This document shows, piece by piece, positions 1 to 9,220 of a DNA stretch of 64,000 nucleotides. The stretch is from the NCBI GenBank assembly GCA_031370645.1, contig JANMQV010000071.1, positions 1 through 64,000 of the forward strand, written 5' to 3'. Both the position numbers and the translations under genes were made by a program. Positions within the stretch are counted from its first letter, which is position 1; each line of letters starts with the position of its first letter. The notes beneath the pieces are model-generated. The model had not been told where the DNA came from. It saw only the letters and a program-made list of their open reading frames with translations, and made no database searches. The stretch comes from Candidatus Eiseniibacteriota bacterium. GTDB taxonomy: Bacteria; Eisenbacteria; RBG-16-71-46; SZUA-252.

Positions 1-1400
1 ATCACCACGCCGTCCATGTTCGGGCTGCCGGCGAGGCTCCAGGGGAAGGTGGCCCAGCCGAGGAGATTCTGGCCCGGCTTGCAGGTATAGAAGTTGAGCG
101 AGCCGGTGGGGTTTGTGACGAGTGCGGTCTTCGCATTCCGCTCGGCGCTCCCGCCGGGCGTCATCGTGAACCAGCTCTTCTTGTTGCCGCTGACCAACGT
201 GCGCGACACGCTGTTGCGGAAGAAGGTGTAGCCGGTGTTTCGGGCCCCGAAGATCAAGGTGCCGTCGTAGTACTTCCCGGCGTAGTTGTTGTTGAGCACC
301 GCGATCTGAGCATCCAACGCCGCGTCGGTGAGATTTCCCTCGGAGCTGTTGTAGATGATGTGGAAGTTGACCGGGATCACGCCACCGGCCTGAATCCGGT
401 TCTCGGAGATCCATTTGTCGATCTGCGCCTGATCCGGCGCTTCCATCTTCCGGCCGCACTCGTCCGTCGCGCAGCGGTAGACGTCCCCGCCGCCGTCGAC
501 CTTGCGTGCGCCCATCTCGAAGATGTCAGCAGGTGCGTTGCCCTTGTTCGGATTGGCCGCGGTCGCATCAGCGAGCCGCGCGGAGCCGACGACGGGACGG
601 TAGGTGGACATCATGAAGTCGGCGCGAGCGTCCTGGCCGGTGGTGAACTGCGTGTAGCAAATGTCGGTCGAGTAATCCATGTAGTTGTGGATCGGATCGA
701 GGCCGGTGCCGGCGCAGGTGTCCTTGCCGGTCGGGCATCCCGACGTGGCGGTCGCTTCGGCCGGCGTGTCGCAGACCAAGTCGCCCGTCGTCGCGCAGTC
801 GGTGCCGCAGCCGCCCTGGAACGTGTGATAGAGACCGATCCAGTGACCGACTTCGTGCGAGGCCGTGCCGCCCAGGTTGTACGGAGCGAGCGTTCCGTTC
901 GGAAGCGACTGGTAGTGAATCACGACGCCGTCCATGTTCGGATTTCCGGCGAGGCTCCAGGGGAACGTGGCCCAGCCGAGGAGATTCTGTCCCGGCTTGC
1001 AGGTGTAGAAGTTGAGCGAGCCGGTCGGGTTCGTGACGAGGGCGGTCTTCGCATTCCGCTCGGCGCTCCCGCCGGGCGTCATCGTGAACCAGTTCTTCTT
1101 GTTGCCGGTGGCGTTCGTGCGATCGGTGGAGCCGCGGACGAACGTGTAGCCGGTGTTGGCGGCTCCGGCGACCGTGTTGCCGTTATAGTCCTTACCGGCG
1201 TAGTTCCGGTTCATCACCAGAATCTGGGCATCGAGATCGGCGTTACTGACGTTTCCAGCCGTGCCGCTGTAGATCACGTGGAAGTTGACCGTGATCACGC
1301 CGCCCGCGGCAACGCGGTTCTCCGAGATCCACTGGCGGATCTGATCTTCGTCGGGCGCCTGGAACTTGTTCCCGCGCTCATCCGTCGCGCAGCGGTAGAC
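1..1400 (-). repeat. Intragenic direct repeat, period 918 nt (306 aa)
   Basis: nt 1-185 nearly identical to 919-1103 (WFTMTPGGSAERNAKTALVTNPTGSLNFYTCKPGQNLLGWATFPWSLAG in both copies). Confidence 0.9.
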
Positions 1401-1544
1401 GACATCGCCGTTGTCGGAATTCCGGGCATTGTCGTTGTTCATCCATCGGTCGTCGAACGACATCGGTTGGCCCGCCAGCGCGACGCCTACGGATCCGAGG
1501 AACAGGACGAACAGCGCGATCAGAGAGGGAATCGACTTCTTCAT
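1..1544 (-). CDS. Secreted M43 (pappalysin/ulilysin-type) zinc metalloprotease with tandem duplicated protease module; runs off the window edge
   Basis: Not in the ORF track (no stop in window). Manual translation: MKKSIPSLIALFVLFLGSVGVALA signal peptide, GGAGG RBS, YRCATDE prodomain Cys, HEVGHWIGLYH zinc motif, NYMDY Met-turn; a second copy of the module follows in frame. Confidence 0.9.
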   Translation of the reverse strand, partial: MKKSIPSLIALFVLFLGSVGVALAGQPMSFDDRWMNNDNARNSDNGDVVYRCATDERGNKFQAPDEDQIRQWISENRVAAGGVITVNFHVIYSGTAGNVSNADLDAQILVMNRNYAGKDYNGNTVAGAANTGYTFVRGSTDRTNATGNKKNWFTMTPGGSAERNAKTALVTNPTGSLNFYTCKPGQNLLGWATFPWSLAGNPNMDGVVIHYQSLPNGTLAPYNLGGTASHEVGHWIGLYHTFQGGCGTDCATTGDLVCDTPAEATATSGCPTGKDTCAGTGLDPIHNYMDYSTDICYTQFTTGQDARADFMMSTYRPVVGSARLADATAANPNKGNAPADIFEMGARKVDGGGDVYRCATDECGRKMEAPDQAQIDKWISENRIQAGGVIPVNFHIIYNSSEGNLTDAALDAQIAVLNNNYAGKYYDGTLIFGARNTGYTFFRNSVSRTLVSGNKKSWFTMTPGGSAERNAKTALVTNPTGSLNFYTCKPGQNLLGWATFPWSLAGSPNMDGVV

Positions 1545-1866
1545 GAATGCCTCCGGTGGGTCGTTCGTTCGTGGACCGATCACTGCGCTGAACGATGGGG
1601 AGACGACTGCCGAGACCGACTGGGGGTGGAGGTTATGAAGGTGCCCGGCGGTGTCCGGGCTGGGGACGAATCGGGAAGGCATACGAATAGGAGAGGTCGC
1701 AGCCCGGAGAACGAAGGGCCGAGATCTTCGCGAGAGGGAGAACGCTCGTGGCCAGAAAGCTCAACGAGTTTCTACTCCTACGGTCGTGGGATTCCGTAGT
1801 GAGGAGTTCTCGTGCGATCCGTTCCTCCCCCGAGGAGACCGGATGGCACGAAGGGACTAATAAAGA

Positions 1867-1896
1867 AGTTTAACACATCCTAAGCCCATAGCTCAA
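1867..1896 (-). promoter_or_regulatory. Putative sigma70 promoter of the M43 gene
   Basis: TTGAGC-18nt-TAAACT with TG extension, in an AT-rich patch. Confidence 0.5.
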
Positions 1897-1935
1897 GCCC
1901 AATTGCGGGAATTCAGCGCCCGCACGGACACGCGA

Positions 1936-1967
1936 GAGGGCGGGCGCCCTGCTACTCGCCCGCCCTC
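1936..1967 (-). terminator. Hairpin downstream of ompA-like gene
   Basis: 11-bp stem GAGGGCGGGCG/CGCCCGCCCTC, weak U tract. Confidence 0.55.
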
Positions 1968-1989
1968 GTCGTTCGCCTTCAGGAATCGC

Positions 1990-3213
1990 CTACCGCTTCA
2001 GCGCCTCCGGATTCAGCACCCTGAACTCCACGCGGCGATTCTTTGCCATGCCGGCGGCCGTTTCGTTGGTCGCGACCGGCTTTGATTCGCCGTAGCCCTT
2101 CGCCGAGAAGCGGCTCCGGGAGAAATTGTGCTTCGACACGAGATAGTCGAGCACGGCCTTCGCGCGCGCATCGCTCAGCGCCTCGTTGTACGCCTCCGTG
2201 CCGCGATAATCGGTATGCCCGCCGATTTCGATCTTCAGGTCGTCGTACTTGTTCAGGATCCCCGCGACTTCGTCGAGCACCTCGTGCGACTCCCGCTTGA
2301 TCGTCGACTTGGCTGTGTCGAAGTAGACGTTGTCGAGGCGGATGACGCCGGTCTTCAGGAGCTCGTCCTCTCTCTTCGAAATGGGGCAGCCGCGCCTGTC
2401 GACGGGGGTGTTCGGCGGCGTGTTCGGGCATTCGTCGATGCCGTCCCAGACGCCGTCGCCATCGGAGTCCCTCGGGCAGCCGTGCGAATCGACGCGCGCG
2501 CCTTCAGGGGTCCTCGGGCATTCGTCGATGCCGTCCCAGACGCCGTCGCCGTCGCTGTCGTGCGGACATCCGTCCGCGTCCACCCTCGCGCCGCGCGGCG
2601 TATTCGGGCAGCGGTCGCGGCGGTCGATCACGCCGTCACCATCCTCGTCGGAGGGGCCACTCTTCACGGCACCCATGCCGAAGGAAATACCGGCGAAGAC
2701 CTCTTCGCTCTCGAGCCACTCCTGGCTCGCGAGGACCGGATGGCGGAACGTGATGTTCCGACCGTCCACGCGGAGCGAGACCTTTTCATTGAAGTGGTAG
2801 AGGAAGCCGAATCCGGCGTTCCAGACGAACTCCCGCCCGTCGAGCGGCCCGGTCGCGTCGACCACGCCGAGCCCTCCGGTGAAATAGGGGCTGAGCCGTA
2901 ACGTCGGGTCGATGAAGTAGGTCAGGTTCCCTTCGCCGCGCAGGAGTTTCGACTCGGCGCCCGTGCCGCTGCTCGGGTCGAACGTGGCGTAGTGGACACG
3001 GCCTTCGAGCCCCCAATTCGGGCTCAGTTTGATGCCGGCGATGAGGCCCGGTCCGAGCTTCCGTTCCTCTAACCCGAGGGCGTCCGCCGGCCAGGTGACC
3101 TGTCCGCCGGGGACGAGCCACCAGCGCGCCGTGTAGTCCGCCCGGGCCGGGGCGGCCCCTGCGATGAGCAGGGCCGCCGCCAGGCCGAGGGTGATGACCA
3201 GAATCCTTTTCAT
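1990..3213 (-). CDS. OmpA-family protein: beta-barrel, TSP3-like Ca-binding repeats, OmpA C-terminal peptidoglycan-binding domain
   Basis: Signal peptide; DxDGDGVxDxxDxCPxTP repeats; GHTD...N..LS..RA and NRRVEF motifs. Confidence 0.9.
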   Translation of the reverse strand: MKRILVITLGLAAALLIAGAAPARADYTARWWLVPGGQVTWPADALGLEERKLGPGLIAGIKLSPNWGLEGRVHYATFDPSSGTGAESKLLRGEGNLTYFIDPTLRLSPYFTGGLGVVDATGPLDGREFVWNAGFGFLYHFNEKVSLRVDGRNITFRHPVLASQEWLESEEVFAGISFGMGAVKSGPSDEDGDGVIDRRDRCPNTPRGARVDADGCPHDSDGDGVWDGIDECPRTPEGARVDSHGCPRDSDGDGVWDGIDECPNTPPNTPVDRRGCPISKREDELLKTGVIRLDNVYFDTAKSTIKRESHEVLDEVAGILNKYDDLKIEIGGHTDYRGTEAYNEALSDARAKAVLDYLVSKHNFSRSRFSAKGYGESKPVATNETAAGMAKNRRVEFRVLNPEALKR

Positions 3214-3250
3214 GGTGCGAATCCCCCGGTGTTTGGTTTCGGTGAACGAA

Positions 3251-4690
3251 CTACTGCTTCGGTGCGAACGAGCGCTTCTCCTTCTCGCGCTTCAGAACGT
3301 CCGTGTTCAACACCTTGAACTCCACGCGGCGATTCTTCGCCATGCCGAGTTGGGTCGTGTTCGTGGCGATCGGCTGCGACTCGCCGTAGCCCTTCGACGA
3401 GAACTGCTCGGCCTTCAGTTCCGGGAACTTGTTGATGATGTAGTCGAGCACCGACTTCGCTCGCGCGTCGCTGAGTCCCTTGTTGTATGCGTCCGAGCCG
3501 CGAGAGTCGGTGTGGCCGCCGATCTCGATCCGGAGTTCAGGCCACCGCGCGAGGATGTTCCCAACCTCGTCGAGGACCGCTTCGGACTCCGGCTTGATGG
3601 TCGCCTTGGCGGTGTCGAAGTTCACGTCCTGGAGCCGGATCATGCCGGTGTCGAGGAGCTCGGTTTCCTTCTGGCTCACTTCGATCGGGCAGCCGTTCTT
3701 GTCGACACGGACGTTCGCCGGCGTATCGGGGCACTTGTCGTTGCCGTCGCAGACGCCGTCCTGATCCTCGTCGGCGGGGCAGCCGTTCGCGTTCACCGTG
3801 CATCCGCTCGGCGTGTTCTCGCACTGGTCGAGGCCGTCGAGGATGCCGTCGTTGTCGGAATCCATCGGGCAGCCCTTCGAATCAACGCGCGCGCCGGCCG
3901 GAGTGGCCGCGCACTGATCGATGCCGTCAAAGACGCCGTCTCCGTCGGTATCGCTGGGGCAACCCTTGGCGTCCACCGTCGCGCCCTTCGGGGTGCCTTC
4001 GCACTGGTCGAGGCCGTCGAACACGCCGTCGCCGTCGCCATCCAACGGGCAGCCGTTCGCGTCGACGCGCGCGCCGAGCGGGGTATCGGCGCACTGGTCG
4101 AGCTTGTTCGGCACGCCGTCATGATCGTCGTCGCGCGGCTTGCCGCCGAATCCGAAGGCGAGCCCGCCGAAGGCCTCGGGCTGAAACTTGTACTTCTCCT
4201 CCGTGGGGGTGATGGGGACCTTGTAGCTCACGACCCGTCCCTCGAGGCGGAGCGCCACGCTGCCCGAGAGGCCGATGTGGAATCCGGCGCCGCCGTTCCA
4301 GGCGAACTTAGTCTTGTCGTTCGCGCCGCCGCTGGCGTTGATCGCGCCCGCGCCCGCCGTGAAGTAGGGCTTGAAGGCGCTCTTCGTGAGGAACCAAGTC
4401 AGGTTGCCTTCACCATGCAGGAGGTCGAGCGATCCCGGGGTCGGAGCGTCGAAGTCGGCCGACAGAAAATGACCTCGCGCTTCGAACGCCCAGGAATCGG
4501 AGAGCTTGAAGCCGAGGATCCCGCCGAAGGTCGGGACATTGTCCTTGATGCGGAGTTCCCAAGGGGTCCAGGCAACGCCGCCACCCGGAGCGAGCCACCA
4601 ACTCGGGAGCTCCTCTCCGCCGGCGGCGAAGGCGATCGAAGGAAGGAGCAGCAACGACAGCAGCGTCAGAATTCGTAGCATCGTTCGCAC
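3251..4690 (-). CDS. OmpA-family protein with TSP3-like repeats (paralog of the downstream gene)
   Basis: Same architecture with more repeats; start reassigned to GTG 4690 behind AGGAGG. Confidence 0.9.
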   Translation of the reverse strand: MRTMLRILTLLSLLLLPSIAFAAGGEELPSWWLAPGGGVAWTPWELRIKDNVPTFGGILGFKLSDSWAFEARGHFLSADFDAPTPGSLDLLHGEGNLTWFLTKSAFKPYFTAGAGAINASGGANDKTKFAWNGGAGFHIGLSGSVALRLEGRVVSYKVPITPTEEKYKFQPEAFGGLAFGFGGKPRDDDHDGVPNKLDQCADTPLGARVDANGCPLDGDGDGVFDGLDQCEGTPKGATVDAKGCPSDTDGDGVFDGIDQCAATPAGARVDSKGCPMDSDNDGILDGLDQCENTPSGCTVNANGCPADEDQDGVCDGNDKCPDTPANVRVDKNGCPIEVSQKETELLDTGMIRLQDVNFDTAKATIKPESEAVLDEVGNILARWPELRIEIGGHTDSRGSDAYNKGLSDARAKSVLDYIINKFPELKAEQFSSKGYGESQPIATNTTQLGMAKNRRVEFKVLNTDVLKREKEKRSFAPKQ

Positions 4691-4856
4691 GGGGATGCCT
4701 CCTATTAGAACGTCCCTGCCACTGAAGCGCGGGCTCCTGCCCAATCCCTGAGGTTGTCCCGGGAATCTAGCCCAGGCCCCCGAGGGGAGCAAGGGCTTCC
4801 CGCTCTCCGGATTCACCTAATTGACGTAACGATTGGGGGATGGCAGACTTCCGGCG

Positions 4857-6413
4857 ATGAGCGACTCGACCTTCGAAGCTACGATTCGGGAGGGATACGC
4901 CTTCTCCGGGGAGACACTTCTTCTCGGCGCGCCGCTTCTGGACGGCAAGGTCAAGGGCGACGCCCTCGTCCGCCTTCCGATCGCCATGATGAATCGCCAT
5001 GGCTTGATTGCGGGCGCGACCGGCACGGGAAAGACGCGAACGCTTCAACTGCTGGCGGGCCAGCTCTCCGCCGCCGGAGTCCCTGTCTTCCTGGCCGACA
5101 TCAAGGGGGACCTCTCCGGTCTTGCCGCTCCCGGCGTCTCGAACGCGAAGATCGAGGAGCGCTGCGCCTCCATCGGCGTCCCGTTCGTCCCGGCCGCCTG
5201 TCCCGTCGACTTCGTCAGCCTGACCGGAGAGGCGGGGACGCCGATTCGCGCCACCGTCTCCTCCTTCGGACCGCTCCTCCTCGCTCGCGCGCTCGATCTG
5301 AACGAGACGCAGCAGAGCGTCCTCGCGCTCGTCTTCAAGTTCTGCGACGACCGCGGTCTTCTCCTCCTCGATCTCTCCGATCTTCGCGCGGCGCTCCAAT
5401 ACCTCACGGGCGACGGCGCCAAGGAACTCGCCGAATTCGGCGGCATGTCGAAGGCAACCGTCGGGGTTCTTCTGCGAAAGATCGTGGAGATGGAGTCGCA
5501 AGGGGCGGACCGTTTCTTCGGCGAGCCGGAATTCGAGGTCGAGGATCTCATCCGGAAAGACGCCACGGGGAAGGGAGTCGTCACGGCGCTCGAGCTCTCC
5601 GATCTCCAAGACAGGCCGGCCCTTTTCAGCACGTTTATGATGTGGCTCCTGGCGTCCCTCTACCGCGAACTCCCCGAAGTGGGGGATCTCGACAAGCCGA
5701 AGCTCGTCTTCTTCTTCGACGAGGCGCACCTCCTCTTCGACGATGCGAGCAAACCGTTCTTGCAGCAGGTGGAGCAGGTGGTGAGGCTCGTTCGGTCGAA
5801 GGGAGTCGGCGTCTTCTTCGTGACGCAGACGCCGAAGGACGTCCCCGCCGATGTCCTCGCGCAGTTGGGAAACCGAATCCAGCACGCGCTCCGGGCCTTC
5901 ACGCCGGACGACGAGAAGGCGCTTCGGGCGACCGCGAACACCTTTCCGCGCTCCGACTTCTACGACATCCCGAAGACGCTGACCTCGCTCGGAATCGGGG
6001 AGGCGATCGTGACGGTGCTTTCGCCGCGAGGAACGCCGACGCCGGTCGTGGCGACACTCGTGGCGCCTCCCGCGAGCCTCATGACACCGATCGCGCCGGC
6101 GGATCTTCTGGCGCGCGTCGCGGCCTCCCCGCTTCACGCCGAGTACGCGAAGCCGATCGACCGAGAGAGCGCCCGCGAAGTACTGGAGGCAAGAGCCAAG
6201 GCGGCCGGAGCGGACGGGGGCAGTGCGGAGCCGGCGAGGCAGGCCAAACGAGGCGCGAAGGCCGCACCCGCCGACGGAGGCGACGTGGCCGCGCAGATCG
6301 GGAAGGCGCTCGGCTCGCCGATCGCCCGGACCGTTGGACGCGAACTCGTGCGCGGCCTCTTCGGCGTGCTCGGAGTCTCGACGACCGCCCGGCGGCGGCG
6401 GCGCCTCTGGTAG
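4857..6413 (+). CDS. HerA-like ATPase (DUF853/YjgR family)
   Basis: NRHGLIAGATGTGKT Walker A; FFFDEAHLLF Walker B; LGNRIQHALRAFTP signature. Confidence 0.9.
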   Translation: MSDSTFEATIREGYAFSGETLLLGAPLLDGKVKGDALVRLPIAMMNRHGLIAGATGTGKTRTLQLLAGQLSAAGVPVFLADIKGDLSGLAAPGVSNAKIEERCASIGVPFVPAACPVDFVSLTGEAGTPIRATVSSFGPLLLARALDLNETQQSVLALVFKFCDDRGLLLLDLSDLRAALQYLTGDGAKELAEFGGMSKATVGVLLRKIVEMESQGADRFFGEPEFEVEDLIRKDATGKGVVTALELSDLQDRPALFSTFMMWLLASLYRELPEVGDLDKPKLVFFFDEAHLLFDDASKPFLQQVEQVVRLVRSKGVGVFFVTQTPKDVPADVLAQLGNRIQHALRAFTPDDEKALRATANTFPRSDFYDIPKTLTSLGIGEAIVTVLSPRGTPTPVVATLVAPPASLMTPIAPADLLARVAASPLHAEYAKPIDRESAREVLEARAKAAGADGGSAEPARQAKRGAKAAPADGGDVAAQIGKALGSPIARTVGRELVRGLFGVLGVSTTARRRRRLW

Positions 6414-6478
6414 ATCACCCGAGCTGACGGGTATAGTCTCGTCGGGTCCCACACATCCGACCACGTTCCGGAGGAGCC

Positions 6479-6751
6479 ATGCCAAAATACGTTATCGAAC
6501 GCGAAATTCCAGGCGCCGGCAAACTGTCCCCGGCCGAGTTGAAGGCCATTGCCATGAAATCGTGCGGCGTACTGGCGAAATTGGGTCCCCAGATCCAGTG
6601 GGTCCACTCCTACGTCACCGGCGACAAGATCTACTGCGTCTACAACGCCCCGGACGAAGGGATGGTCATGGAGCACGCGAAGCAGGGAGGATTCCCCGCG
6701 AACAGCGTCGCCCGGGTCCTGACGATCATCGACCCGACCACCGCCGAGTAG
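6479..6751 (+). CDS. DUF4242 (SCO4226-like) small protein
   Basis: MPKYVIERE...WVHSYV..DKIYCVY.AP...HA..GGFPAN; GGAGG RBS. Confidence 0.85.
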   Translation: MPKYVIEREIPGAGKLSPAELKAIAMKSCGVLAKLGPQIQWVHSYVTGDKIYCVYNAPDEGMVMEHAKQGGFPANSVARVLTIIDPTTAE

Positions 6752-6854
6752 GCGTTTTCCCCGCACGTTACGCCGGAACGCCCGCTTTTCCTCGCCCCGG
6801 ACGTCGCCCATCTACCGGGTGCCCGCGTCCGGGGCGCCATGCTATTCTCAGCCC

Positions 6855-7307
6855 ATGAATTCCGCCCCCGGCTCCGTCGTGATCCGTCCCCTTTCCGAAC
6901 TCGATTTGGGTCGAATCACCGCGATCGACGAGCGCCTGACCGGCGTCTACAAACCCGAAATCTGGGAGCGCCGCGTCGTCTACTACCTGCGTCGCGATCC
7001 CGAGGCCTGTCCCGTGGCCGAAATCGGCGGGAAGGTCGTCGGATTCATGTTCACCGATCTTCGAAGCGGGGAGTTCGGCTTGGAGGAGACGAGCGGCTGG
7101 ATCGAGCGCTTCGGCGTCGATCCCGACTTCCAGGGTCGCTCGGTCGGCCGGCGGATGTTCGAGGCGGCGCAAGCCTATCTGCGCGCCCAGGGCGCCACGA
7201 CTCTCAGGACGCTGGTCGGCCCCGCCGACAGCGAACTCTCCGGATTCCTCCGCGCCGTCGGATTCCAGAATGCGCCGCTTCAGGCGCTGGAGATGCCCGT
7301 ATCGTGA
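6855..7307 (+). CDS. GNAT N-acetyltransferase
   Basis: VDPDFQGRSVGRRM acetyl-CoA motif A; start taken at MNSAPG. Confidence 0.85.
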   Translation: MNSAPGSVVIRPLSELDLGRITAIDERLTGVYKPEIWERRVVYYLRRDPEACPVAEIGGKVVGFMFTDLRSGEFGLEETSGWIERFGVDPDFQGRSVGRRMFEAAQAYLRAQGATTLRTLVGPADSELSGFLRAVGFQNAPLQALEMPVS

Positions 7308-8632
7308 ACGTCGAGCAAACCACGCTCCCCAAGAAATTCCACTCGGCCGTCCTCCACTGGCAGCGGCATCACTTCCCGGATTACGGGCTCCTGCCGGAGA
7401 TGTGGACGAAGTACTTCCCGAATGATCCCGAGTTCTGCCTCTGCGCCAAGATGGAAGTCGGCATGGGAGACACCATCGAGGTGGGGGACCAGAAGGGGCA
7501 GGCCCGCATGACGAAGCCCTCCGAAATGACGGAGGATCAAGGCCGCCATCTTCTCGCCATCATCCGCGCGCAGGCCTCCACCGAATTCGGCTCCATTCAG
7601 CAGCACGAGGTGACGCTCTCCCGGGCGCAGGAGGATGAAGACCGCTTCTGGGTCCTTCGCGTCATGGCGGAAGAGTTGCGCCACGGCTATCAGATGTTCC
7701 ATCTCCTCACGTCGCAGGACTGGAGCGGCGTCACCGACCAGAAGCCGGAAGACATGGTGGAGGAGATCCTCTCCATGCGAACCGGCTCCCACGTGCTCGA
7801 CGCCTTCAACATCGACTACGACTCCTTCGTCGACAACGTCGTCTTCGCGGCGGTGATCGACCGGGTCGGAAAGTATCAGCTGTCGATGCAAAAGGTTTGC
7901 GCCTACAAGCCCTTCGCGCAGTCGATGCCGCCGATGCTCCGCGAGGAGGCGTTCCACCTCGCCGCGGGTGTCGTCCCGCTTCGCCGCTGGGTCCAGCGAG
8001 CCGCGCAGGGGTACGAACTCGTGACGATGAACGCCATTCAGCGGTCGCTCCACAAGTGGGTGCCGCGCGGGCTCGAGATGTTCGGGCACGAGAAGGGCGG
8101 GGAGTCGAATATCAAATTCGGCTTCAAGACCATGAAGAACGAGGAAGCCCAGTCGCTCTACTTCGAGGAGTTGCAGAAGGTGGTGACCGATCTCAACACG
8201 CGGTACGTCCGCGCGCGGCTGCCCCAACTGTCGCCCGAAGAGGCCGAGGCGCTCGTCGTCCGCCTCCTCGCGGACCACACGAAGTTCGATTCCGTCTCGT
8301 GGGAGGATCTCTTGATCCTGCCCGACCGCCGCTTCTTCCGGCGGAAGGGTGTGCCCGCCTGGACGATGATCGGCACGCGGGGCGAGACATTCGAGACGGC
8401 GGATGCCTTCGTCCGGCATCTCGGAGCGTCGCTCCCCGATCCCTACCTCCACAGCCGCGACATGCGCCAATACGTTGAGACGCTGCGCGACGTGGCCGAG
8501 GGACGGACGACGCCGGAGCAGGCGAGCAAGAAGATGCCGAACTTGAAACGCGTCGGCGGCGTCTGCCCCTGCAGCAAGTCGGTCCGCTGGGTGGTCGAAG
8601 AACCGGAAACAGTACCGCTACCGGCAGCGTAG
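7304..8632 (+). CDS. Ferritin-like di-iron oxygenase, BoxB/PaaA-like
   Basis: QASTE, EELRH and EEAFH carboxylate/His ligand pattern resembling BoxB; GTG start overlaps the GNAT stop (GTGA). Confidence 0.75.
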   Translation: MNVEQTTLPKKFHSAVLHWQRHHFPDYGLLPEMWTKYFPNDPEFCLCAKMEVGMGDTIEVGDQKGQARMTKPSEMTEDQGRHLLAIIRAQASTEFGSIQQHEVTLSRAQEDEDRFWVLRVMAEELRHGYQMFHLLTSQDWSGVTDQKPEDMVEEILSMRTGSHVLDAFNIDYDSFVDNVVFAAVIDRVGKYQLSMQKVCAYKPFAQSMPPMLREEAFHLAAGVVPLRRWVQRAAQGYELVTMNAIQRSLHKWVPRGLEMFGHEKGGESNIKFGFKTMKNEEAQSLYFEELQKVVTDLNTRYVRARLPQLSPEEAEALVVRLLADHTKFDSVSWEDLLILPDRRFFRRKGVPAWTMIGTRGETFETADAFVRHLGASLPDPYLHSRDMRQYVETLRDVAEGRTTPEQASKKMPNLKRVGGVCPCSKSVRWVVEEPETVPLPAA

Positions 8633-8676
8633 TCGCGCTTCGCCTTTCACTTCCTTCACGACCGAGGAGTTTCGCC

Positions 8677-9213
8677 ATGCGCTTCTCCTTCCCCGGGCGG
8701 ACGTCCGCGTTTCCGTTCGCGTTCGTCGCGGCCTTCGTGTCGCTCTTCCTCGTATTCGCCGGCTCCTGCTCGAGGCCGCCCCAAGCGGATCCCGCGGCAG
8801 CCCGCGCGGCGATCGAGTCGATCGACCGCGATTTCATGGCGGCGTTCGAGGCGCGCGACGGGAAGGCGATCGGACTCCTGTACACGGATGATGCCAAACT
8901 GATGCCGCCGAACGAGCCTCCGGCGCTGGGGCGCGAGGCGATCGTGAAATCGTGGGAAGGAATATTCCAACTCCCGATACCCCATCTCCGTATCCAGGCG
9001 GACGAAATTCATGGATCGGGCGACGCCGTCACCGAAGAAGGGCGCTACGCGCTCATCGGGACCGAGGGGCAGACCGTGGAGGCGGGAAAATACCTCGTCG
9101 TGTGGAAGAAGACCGAAACGGGATGGCGCATCCACCGCGACATGTGGAGCAGCGACGCCCCAGCCAACGCGCCTGTCGCGGCCGACAGCACGGCCGCCTC
9201 CCCCAAGGAGTAA
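8677..9213 (+). CDS. NTF2/SnoaL-like (DUF4440/YybH) exported protein
   Basis: LYTDDA.LMPP...GREAI and GKYLVVWKK...WRIHRD pattern; N-terminal hydrophobic segment ending in Cys. Confidence 0.8.
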   Translation: MRFSFPGRTSAFPFAFVAAFVSLFLVFAGSCSRPPQADPAAARAAIESIDRDFMAAFEARDGKAIGLLYTDDAKLMPPNEPPALGREAIVKSWEGIFQLPIPHLRIQADEIHGSGDAVTEEGRYALIGTEGQTVEAGKYLVVWKKTETGWRIHRDMWSSDAPANAPVAADSTAASPKE

Positions 9214-9220
9214 TCTCCCC

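Noticed and set aside
360-1799. 479-aa plus-strand ORF
   Set aside because: Antisense shadow of the M43 protease; no motifs of its own
2380-4135. Periodic DNA repeats as a CRISPR array or mobile element
   Set aside because: In-frame TSP3 coding repeats without unique spacers; no cas, transposase or integrase genes in the window
3164-4678. Long antisense and alternate-frame ORFs here and throughout (e.g. 4767-6485, 42093-43928, 47294-49672, 57536-59578)
   Set aside because: Typical high-GC shadow ORFs overlapping genes with clear family motifs
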